From contig DASTWK010000067.1 in NCBI GenBank assembly GCA_035776655.1, positions 28,768 to 92,767 of the forward strand: DNA of 64,000 bases, given 5' to 3'. A program made the position numbers and the translations under genes. Source of the DNA: Mycobacteriales bacterium. Lineage in GTDB: Bacteria; Actinomycetota; Actinomycetes; JAFAQI01. Below the pieces are notes generated by a model. That model was not told the DNA's origin, did no database searches, and saw only the letters and a list, made by a program, of their open reading frames with translations. Every line of letters begins with the position of its first letter. Within the stretch, counting starts at the first letter, position 1. Below are positions 57,876-64,000 of the stretch, one piece after another.

Positions 57876-58420
57876 TCCGCGCGGCGCGACTTTCGCGGCG
57901 GGCCGAACAGCACCGGCCAGGCGAGGACACCGCCCAGCGCGGCGAGGTACGGCGGGCCCACGTCCCCGGCCGGGTGCAGCGGACTGCCGCCGCCGATCGT
58001 CAACCGGAAGCCCAGGGCGGTGCCGAGCACCGCGGCACCCAAGGCGATCGCCAGCACCACGATGCCGGGCGTGGCCGGTGGGCGGGGCCGGCCGGTGACG
58101 GCCGCGGTGGCGGCGCCGGCGGCAAGCCCGATCAGCGCCGGCGCGACCAGTGACATCACGTGCACCCCGACGTACTGCGTGGCCACCCAGCCGCCGGCGA
58201 GCGCCACGACGATCCCGGCCAGCCCGGCCCGCACCGCCAGCTCGAGCGTGCTGCGCGCCGGCCGGCCAACGGCCGCACCCGCACAGGCCGCGCAGCCGGA
58301 CCCTCCGTGGCTGGCGACGTCCGCGCCACACCGCGGCCGGCCACAGACCGGGCAGCCGTCGGCGGCCAGCCGCGCCGGGTGCACGGCGCAGCGCACACCC
58401 ACCCCCGGCGCCACGGTCAT
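57848..58420 (-). CDS. Zinc-ribbon-containing membrane protein (N-terminal CxxC...CxxC followed by three or four transmembrane helices)
   Basis: The cysteine motif is CAVHPARLAADGCPVCGRPRCGADVASHGGSGCAACAG. The hydrophobic helices have high GC3. Its 3' end overlaps the convergent anti-sigma gene. Confidence 0.5.
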   Translation of the reverse strand: MTVAPGVGVRCAVHPARLAADGCPVCGRPRCGADVASHGGSGCAACAGAAVGRPARSTLELAVRAGLAGIVVALAGGWVATQYVGVHVMSLVAPALIGLAAGAATAAVTGRPRPPATPGIVVLAIALGAAVLGTALGFRLTIGGGSPLHPAGDVGPPYLAALGGVLAWPVLFGPPRKSRRADQPDAGTVW

Positions 58421-58437
58421 GACGCAAGCCTCGCACG

Positions 58438-58464
58438 GGAATCCCCGTCCGTAGACTCGCGTTC
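58438..58464 (+). promoter_or_regulatory. ECF-type promoter (GGGAAT-N17-CGTT) about 25 bp upstream of the trxB start, matching the SigH/SigE/SigM-type GGAAY-N16-17-GTT consensus
   Basis: The motif was read from the sequence. It is also embedded in a CGGGAA...TTCCCG inverted repeat. Confidence 0.4.
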
Positions 58465-58490
58465 CCGCGAACGGCAGCGGTCAAGAGTGG

Positions 58491-59450
58491 GTGGTGTCAG
58501 TGAGCGAGAGCGACCAGACGTCCGGCGACATCCGCGACGTCATCATCGTGGGCTCCGGCCCGGCCGGCTACACCGCCGGTGTCTACACCGCTCGCGCCAA
58601 CCTGCGGCCCCTGCTCATCGAGGGTGTGCAGTACGGCGGGGCGCTGATGCAGACCACCGAAGTCGAGAACTTCCCCGGGTTCGTCGACGGCATCCAGGGT
58701 CCGGACCTGATGGACCACATGCGCAAGCAGGCGGAGCGGTTCGGCGCCGAGATGCTCACCGACGACGCCACCGAGCTACGGCTCACCGGGCCGGTGAAAG
58801 AGGTCGTGGTCGGCGGCGAGACCTACCGCGCCCACACCGTCATCCTTGCCATGGGTTCCGCCTACCGGATGCTCGGGTTGCCCAACGAAGCGCGCCTGAT
58901 GGGGCACGGGGTGTCGGCGTGCGCGACCTGCGACGGCTTCTTCTTCCGCGGCCAAGAGATCGCGGTCGTCGGCGGCGGCGACTCGGCGATGGAGGAGGCG
59001 ACGTTCCTCACCCGGTTCGCCGACAAGGTGCACCTGTTGCACCGGCGCGACGCGTTCCGCGCCTCGAAGATCATGCAGGAGCGGACCCTGTCCAACCCGA
59101 AGATCCAGGTGCACTGGAACACGGTCGTGGAGGACATCTTCGGGGAGGACAAGGTGACCGGCCTGGCCGTGCGCAACCCGTTGTCCGGCGAGGGTTCGAC
59201 CCTCGACGTCACCGGTCTGTTCGTCGCGATCGGACACGACCCGCGCAGCGAGCTGGTGCGCGGCGAGGTGACCCTGGACGACAGCGGATACGTCGTGGTC
59301 GATGCGCCGTCGACCCGGACCAACGTGCCCGGCGTCTTCGCCTGCGGCGACCTCGTCGACCACACCTACCGGCAGGCGATCACGGCTGCCGGCACCGGCT
59401 GCGCCGCCGCGCTGGACGCCGAGCACTTCCTGGCCGAGCGCGGGGAATGA
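58491..59450 (+). CDS. trxB: Thioredoxin-disulfide reductase
   Basis: The FAD-binding motif ([14 protein letters not shown]), the redox-active CATC and the NADPH-binding motif ([10 protein letters not shown]) are present. Confidence 0.97.
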   Translation: MVSVSESDQTSGDIRDVIIVGSGPAGYTAGVYTARANLRPLLIEGVQYGGALMQTTEVENFPGFVDGIQGPDLMDHMRKQAERFGAEMLTDDATELRLTGPVKEVVVGGETYRAHTVILAMGSAYRMLGLPNEARLMGHGVSACATCDGFFFRGQEIAVVGGGDSAMEEATFLTRFADKVHLLHRRDAFRASKIMQERTLSNPKIQVHWNTVVEDIFGEDKVTGLAVRNPLSGEGSTLDVTGLFVAIGHDPRSELVRGEVTLDDSGYVVVDAPSTRTNVPGVFACGDLVDHTYRQAITAAGTGCAAALDAEHFLAERGE

Positions 59451-59503
59451 CAGCGGCAACGAGATCGTTGCCCCACCAGCACGACCTGAGCGAGGGAGAT
59501 GAC

Positions 59504-59830
59504 ATGGGCGCGGCCACCAAGACCGTCACGGACGCCACCTTCGACACCGAGGTGCTCGGCAGCGACAAGCCGGTGCTCGTCGACTTCTGGGCCGAGTGGT
59601 GTGGACCGTGCAAGATGGTCGCTCCGGTGCTCGAGGAGATCGCCAGCGAGCATGCCGAGAAGCTGACCGTCGCCAAGGTCAACATCGACGAGAACCCCGA
59701 GATCGCGCGGCGCTACCAGATCATGTCGATCCCGACCATGTCGGTGTTCTCCGGCGGCGAGGTCGTCAAGAGCATCGTCGGCGCCAAGCCCAAGGCCGCG
59801 CTGCTTCGCGACCTGGAAGCCTTCGTCTGA
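59504..59830 (+). CDS. trxA: Thioredoxin
   Basis: The WCGPC active site is present. The gene is 108 aa and has a GAGGGAG ribosome-binding site. Confidence 0.97.
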   Translation: MGAATKTVTDATFDTEVLGSDKPVLVDFWAEWCGPCKMVAPVLEEIASEHAEKLTVAKVNIDENPEIARRYQIMSIPTMSVFSGGEVVKSIVGAKPKAALLRDLEAFV

Positions 59831-59902
59831 CCGTCCGGACGCCATTCAGATCTGCATCCACTGGGCCGTTTCGGCCGGGTGGTCCGGGGCTAGCATCCGC
59901 GA

Positions 59903-61030
59903 GTGCAGGTCTTCCGACGCGGTGACCGCGGCCCTGCGGTAGCGGCCATTCGAGCCAAGCTCGAGCGGTTGGGCCTGCTCCCGGTCGGCGACGCCGAGCA
60001 CGACCTGTTCGACGACGGCACGGATCGGGCCGTCCGCGCGTTCCAGCAGCGACGCGGCCTGCGGGTGGACGGCGTCGTCGGCACCGAGACCTACCGCTCT
60101 CTCGACGGCGCTCACTGGCGGCTGGGCGACCGCGTGTTGTCCTACACCGCGGGTCACCCGTTCGTCGGTGACGACGTCGCGATGCTGCAGCAGCGGCTGC
60201 TGGACATGGGCTTCGACCCGGGCCGGTGCGACAGCATCTTCGGCGAGCAGACCGAGAGCGCGCTGCGGGAGTTCCAACGCAACGTCGGGCTGCAGGCGGA
60301 TGGCACGGTCGGCCCGGCAACGTTGAAGGCGTTGGACATGCTGCGCCGTACCGTCACCGGCGGCTCCCCCTCCGAGCAGCGTGAGGAGGAGCGGCTGCGC
60401 GGCGGGGGCGGCACCCTCAGCGGACGGACGATCGTGCTCGACCCCGGACACGGCGGCGACGATCTCGGCAGCTACGGCCACGGAGTCGCCGAAGCCGACG
60501 TGGCCTTCGACCTGGCCACGCGCATCGAGGGCCGGCTCGGACCGCTGGGAGTGCACGCACTGCTCACCCGCGGCGCCGACAGCTGTCCCGACGACGCGGC
60601 GCGGGCCGCTCTGGCCAACGACACCGGGGCAGACCTGTTCATCTCCCTGCACACGGACGCCGCCTCGAGCGAACGGCCGTGTGGGCTGGCGACCTACTAC
60701 TACGGCGCCGAGCTGCCCCACCGCGTGGTCAGCTCGGTGGTGGGGGAGCGGTTGGCCGGGCTGGTGCAGCGCGAGATCGTGGCCCGCACCGATCTGCTCG
60801 ACGCGCGCACTCACCCCAAGGCCTGGCAGCTGCTGCGGCTGACGCGGATGCCGGCGGTCCGGCTGGACGTCGGCTACATCACCAACGAGCACGACGCGGC
60901 CCGGCTGGCGGCACCTGAGTTCCGGGACGCGGTTGCGGAAGCGGTCGTGGCCGCGGTGCAGCGGCTCTACCTGCCCGACGGCGACGACATCCCGACCGGG
61001 CAGTTCCGGATGCCGGCCTTCAGCCGCTGA
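59903..61030 (+). CDS. cwlM: N-acetylmuramoyl-L-alanine amidase CwlM-type (two peptidoglycan-binding domains plus Amidase_3)
   Basis: Two PG_binding_1 repeats are present (GDRGPAVAAIRAKLERLG...; ...VAMLQQRLLDMG...). The Amidase_3 core is VLDPGHGG...SLHTDA. Confidence 0.92.
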   Translation: MQVFRRGDRGPAVAAIRAKLERLGLLPVGDAEHDLFDDGTDRAVRAFQQRRGLRVDGVVGTETYRSLDGAHWRLGDRVLSYTAGHPFVGDDVAMLQQRLLDMGFDPGRCDSIFGEQTESALREFQRNVGLQADGTVGPATLKALDMLRRTVTGGSPSEQREEERLRGGGGTLSGRTIVLDPGHGGDDLGSYGHGVAEADVAFDLATRIEGRLGPLGVHALLTRGADSCPDDAARAALANDTGADLFISLHTDAASSERPCGLATYYYGAELPHRVVSSVVGERLAGLVQREIVARTDLLDARTHPKAWQLLRLTRMPAVRLDVGYITNEHDAARLAAPEFRDAVAEAVVAAVQRLYLPDGDDIPTGQFRMPAFSR

Positions 61031-61039
61031 GAAAGCCGC

Positions 61040-61666
61040 TCACACCGGCCGCAGCGCGCCTTCGGGGCTCATCGAGCCCAGCAGCCGCTCCAGGGCGACC
61101 TCGACGTCCTCCCGCCAGGAGGCGACGGTCTTCAGCTCCAGCCGCAGCCGGGGGAACCGCGGGTGCGGCCGGACAGTCTTGAAGCCGACGGCCAGCAGGT
61201 AGTCGGCGGGCAGCACGCAGTGCCCGACGCCCTGCCATTGAGCGTCCCCGAAGGCCTCCACCGCCTTGATGCCGCGGCGGGTGAGGTCCTTGGCCACCCC
61301 CTGGACGAGCATGCGAGCCAAGCCGCCGCCGCCGAACTCAGGCAGCACCTGCGCCGTCATCAGCAGCGCGGCGTCGGCGCTGACCGGGCTGGTGGGGAAG
61401 GCCACGGACCGCGGCACATATGCCGCCGGCGCGAACAGCACGTATCCCGCCGGCACCCCGTCGACGAAGGCGATCTTGCCGCAGCTGCCCCACTCCAGCA
61501 GCACCGCAGAGACCCACGCCTCCTTCTCGAGCTCGGTGTCGCCGGTCTCCGCCGCCCGCGCGCCGGCGACCGGGTCGAGCTCCCAGAAGACGCACTTGCG
61601 GCACCGGCGGGGAAGGTCGTCGAGGTTGTCGAGCGTGATGTTCGCCAGCCGGCGCGTCATCCGCAT
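61040..61666 (-). CDS. GNAT-fold acetyltransferase-like protein (Rv3916c-position equivalent)
   Basis: The start was trimmed to an internal ATG (MRMTRRL...). The long N-terminal extension in the ORF track is Arg/Gly-rich noise. ORF-track coordinates were used here because local coordinate counting was inconsistent by 1 nt. Confidence 0.7.
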   Translation of the reverse strand: MRMTRRLANITLDNLDDLPRRCRKCVFWELDPVAGARAAETGDTELEKEAWVSAVLLEWGSCGKIAFVDGVPAGYVLFAPAAYVPRSVAFPTSPVSADAALLMTAQVLPEFGGGGLARMLVQGVAKDLTRRGIKAVEAFGDAQWQGVGHCVLPADYLLAVGFKTVRPHPRFPRLRLELKTVASWREDVEVALERLLGSMSPEGALRPV

Positions 61667-61777
61667 CCCTCCACCGCAAACCCCGCGAGATCCTAACGCG
61701 CCACGAGGTTTCGCGACAGGTGCGCAACCGGACAGAATTGGATCGAGGCCCCACGAGCCGCTCGATAGGCTGCGGGC

Positions 61778-62992
61778 ATGGAGCTCCGCCAGTCGGACAA
61801 GCTCGCTCACGTCGCCTACGACGTCCGCGGGCCCGTGCTCGCGGAAGCCATGCGGCTGGAGGCGGCCGGCCACCGCATCGTGCGGCTCAACATCGGCAAC
61901 CCGGCGCCGTTCGGCTTCGACGCGCCGGACGAGATCGTCGCCGACATGGCCCGCACCTTGGCGACCGCCCAGGGCTACAGCGACTCCAAAGGCATCCTGC
62001 CGGCCCGGCGCGCGGTGGTGCAGTACCACCAGAGCAAGGGCGTCGAGGGCATCGACGTCGAGGACGTGTGGCTCGGCAACGGGGTGTCAGAGCTCATCAC
62101 GATGACCCTGCAAGCCCTGCTCAACGACGGCGACGAGGTGCTGATCCCCGCGCCGGACTACCCGTTGTGGACCGCGATCACGACGCTGTGTGGGGGGCAG
62201 GCGGTCCACTACACCTGCGACGAGCAGTCCGACTGGCTTCCCGATGTCACCGACCTCGCCGGCAAGATCACCGATCGCACCCGCGCGATCGTCGTCATCA
62301 ACCCCAACAACCCCACCGGCGCCGTCTACCCGCAACCGCTGCTGGAGGAGATCGTCGCGCTCGCCCGGGAGCACGGGTTGCTGCTGCTCGCCGACGAGAT
62401 CTACGACCAGATCCTGTACGACGGGACCGAGCACGTCGCGCTCGCTGCGCTGGCCCCTGATCTGCTCTGCGTCACCTTCAACGGCCTGTCCAAGTCCTAC
62501 CGGGTTGCCGGATATCGGGCCGGTTGGGCGGTGGTGTCCGGTCCCACGGAGCACGCGCGCAGCTTCATCGAGGGCCTGACGCTGCTCGCCAACATGCGCC
62601 TGTGCCCGAACGTGCCCGCCCAGCACGGCATCCAGGCGGCGCTCGGCGGATCCCGCGACATCACCCAGCTGGTGCTGCCCGGTGGGCGGTTGCACGAGCA
62701 GCGCGACGCCGCCCACCGTCTGCTCAACGAGATCCCGGGCGTGTCGTGCACGAAGCCGCTCGGGGCGCTCTATGTGTTCCCCCGGCTCGACCCGAGCGTC
62801 TACCGGATCGACGACGACGAGGCCTTCGTCATCGAGTTCCTGCGCGAGGAGCACGTCATGATCGGTCACGGCACCGGCTTCAACTGGCCGACGCCGGACC
62901 ACTTGCGGATCGTCACGCTGCCCGCGGTCGACGACCTGACCGACGCCATCGGCCGGCTCAGCCGCTTCCTCGAGCGCTGGCGCGCCGCCTGA
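61778..62992 (+). CDS. PLP-dependent aminotransferase, class I (alanine aminotransferase AlaA/AlaT-like)
   Basis: The N-terminus is characteristic of AlaT (KLAHVAYDVRGPV...RLNIGNPAPFGF). The PLP lysine lies in the SKSY region. Confidence 0.93.
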   Translation: MELRQSDKLAHVAYDVRGPVLAEAMRLEAAGHRIVRLNIGNPAPFGFDAPDEIVADMARTLATAQGYSDSKGILPARRAVVQYHQSKGVEGIDVEDVWLGNGVSELITMTLQALLNDGDEVLIPAPDYPLWTAITTLCGGQAVHYTCDEQSDWLPDVTDLAGKITDRTRAIVVINPNNPTGAVYPQPLLEEIVALAREHGLLLLADEIYDQILYDGTEHVALAALAPDLLCVTFNGLSKSYRVAGYRAGWAVVSGPTEHARSFIEGLTLLANMRLCPNVPAQHGIQAALGGSRDITQLVLPGGRLHEQRDAAHRLLNEIPGVSCTKPLGALYVFPRLDPSVYRIDDDEAFVIEFLREEHVMIGHGTGFNWPTPDHLRIVTLPAVDDLTDAIGRLSRFLERWRAA

Positions 62993-63014
62993 CGCCGGGA
63001 CCCCCGCCGCGGGT

Positions 63015-63911
63015 TCAGCCCTCGGCCGGGGGCGGACCGGCGAGGTCGGGGGCGAGGATGCCGACGATCCGCTGCAGGTCCTCGGGCGAGGCGAACTCCA
63101 CCACGAGCTTTCCCCGCCGCCGACCGACGTCGATCGACACCCGGGTCTCCAGCCGGTCGGACAGCCGGTCGGCGAGGACACCCACCTCCGGACTGGGCGC
63201 ACGGCGGGAGCGGGGCCGCTTCGCCGCGGGTTCGCGTTCGCCGACGGCGACGATTTCCTCGACCGCCCGCACCGACAGGCCCTCGGCGACGATGCGCGTG
63301 GCCAGCTGCTCCTGCCGATCGACGGAGTCCAGCCCAAGCAGGGCCCGGGCGTGGCCGGCGCTGAGGACACCGGCCGCTACCCGCCGCTGCACGCTCGGTG
63401 CCAGATTCAACAGTCGCAGAGTGTTACTGACATGTGACCGAGAGCGACCGATCCGGTCGGCCAGTTCGTCGTGCGTGGCGCCGAACTCGTCCAACAACTG
63501 CTGGTAGGCCGCCGCCTCCTCCAGCGCGTTCAGCTGCTGGCGGTGCAGGTTCTCCAGCAGCGCGTCTCTCAGCAGCGCGTCATCGGCCGTCTCGCGAACG
63601 ATCGCGGGGATGAGCTCCAGGCCGGCCGCCCGGCTGGCCCGCCACCGCCGCTCCCCCATGATCAGCTGGTAGCGACCCGGGTCGGTCTCGCGGACCACCA
63701 CCGGCTGGAGCACGCCGACCTCACGGATGCTCGTGACCAGCTCGGCCAGCGCGTCTTCGTCGAACACCTCACGGGGCTGGCGCGGGTTGGGCTCGATGCT
63801 GGTGACCGGCAGCTCCTCGAACCGGGCCCCCGCGTCGACCTCGCCTTCCGCGGGAGCGGTCGGGATCAACGCTCCCAGTCCGCGTCCCAGCCCCCCACGA
63901 CGAACGGTCAC
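63015..63911 (-). CDS. parB: Chromosome partitioning protein ParB
   Basis: The GTG start has a GGAGGAA ribosome-binding site. The ParB box (GERRWRA), the HTH ([24 protein letters not shown]) and the N-terminal RGGLGRGL motif are present. Confidence 0.95.
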   Translation of the reverse strand: MTVRRGGLGRGLGALIPTAPAEGEVDAGARFEELPVTSIEPNPRQPREVFDEDALAELVTSIREVGVLQPVVVRETDPGRYQLIMGERRWRASRAAGLELIPAIVRETADDALLRDALLENLHRQQLNALEEAAAYQQLLDEFGATHDELADRIGRSRSHVSNTLRLLNLAPSVQRRVAAGVLSAGHARALLGLDSVDRQEQLATRIVAEGLSVRAVEEIVAVGEREPAAKRPRSRRAPSPEVGVLADRLSDRLETRVSIDVGRRRGKLVVEFASPEDLQRIVGILAPDLAGPPPAEG

Positions 63912-64000
63912 GGCTCGTTCCTCCTGTCCCCGGCGTTGGGTGCGCCGCCGGCCGCCATCGCGGCCGAGCGTTGGGCGATCTCGCGCGCCGCATCGACGTA
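63908..64000 (-). CDS. parA: Chromosome partitioning ATPase ParA, C-terminal fragment (gene continues beyond the window)
   Basis: The in-frame C-terminal peptide is ...[30 protein letters not shown]. Its stop overlaps the parB GTG (GTGA). Only about 30 codons are visible. Confidence 0.55.
   Translation of the reverse strand, partial: YVDAAREIAQRSAAMAAGGAPNAGDRRNEP

Noticed and set aside
61266-62105. Plus-strand ORFs overlapping the GNAT-like gene (61163-61696, 61266-62105, 61420-61638)
   Set aside because: The translations are Arg/Pro/Ala-rich and overlap the well-supported aminotransferase and GNAT-like genes. Local coordinates from hand counting were off by 1 nt against the ORF track, so the track coordinates were used.
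1-64000. CRISPR arrays, transposases, insertion sequences, prophage genes, toxin-antitoxin pairs
   Set aside because: None found. The only repeats are short tandem duplications, coding microsatellites and operator- or terminator-type inverted repeats.

Overview
The window is about 64 kb of high-GC (roughly 70%+) actinobacterial chromosome, densely packed with genes on both strands and showing no recognisable mobile-element, phage or CRISPR content.

Gene content places it in the conserved origin-proximal neighbourhood of Actinobacteria. From the right edge inwards:
- Partial parA and parB, then a GNAT-like gene, an aminotransferase, cwlM, trxB-trxA, and sigM with its anti-sigma factor.
- murJ, a DUF6049 protein, a NUDIX hydrolase, cca, ino1 and a PadR regulator, then ponA1 with two GT-C glycosyltransferases.
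- A penicillin acylase, the ribosomal block rpsF-ssb-rpsR-rplI, and dnaB.

The left half is metabolic and accessory:
- A CCG-domain Fe-S oxidoreductase (5' partial), dcd, tRNA-Gly(CCC), and an ArsR/CadI metal pair.
- An amidase, a sulfotransferase, an S9 peptidase, a histidine phosphatase, and a FadE-type acyl-CoA dehydrogenase.
- A three-gene 2-oxoacid dehydrogenase operon (E1 alpha, E1 beta, E2), an NfeD/SPFH pair, an F420-dependent oxidoreductase, and a hotdog thioesterase.
- A four-gene glycosyltransferase/methyltransferase/(alpha/alpha)6 cluster, a PAC2 protein, and a large adenylate-cyclase/STAND-ATPase/TPR protein.

Nothing in the window looks like a classical defence island. The loci most worth follow-up are:
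1. The GT4 + two SAM-methyltransferase + toroid-protein cluster, which resembles the mycobacterial methylmannose-polysaccharide (MMP) locus.
2. A RipA-like C40 peptidase module inserted between murJ and a free-standing MviN-type pseudokinase gene.
3. A putative membrane protein with a His-Gly repeat tail encoded by a degenerate heptamer DNA repeat.
4. The cyclase-STAND-TPR protein.
5. A 423-aa sulfotransferase of unknown substrate.
6. Several operator-like palindromes, two independent 27-bp tandem duplications, and a heavily structured dnaB-rplI intergenic region.

All calls are from reading the sequence and the ORF track; no database searches were run.
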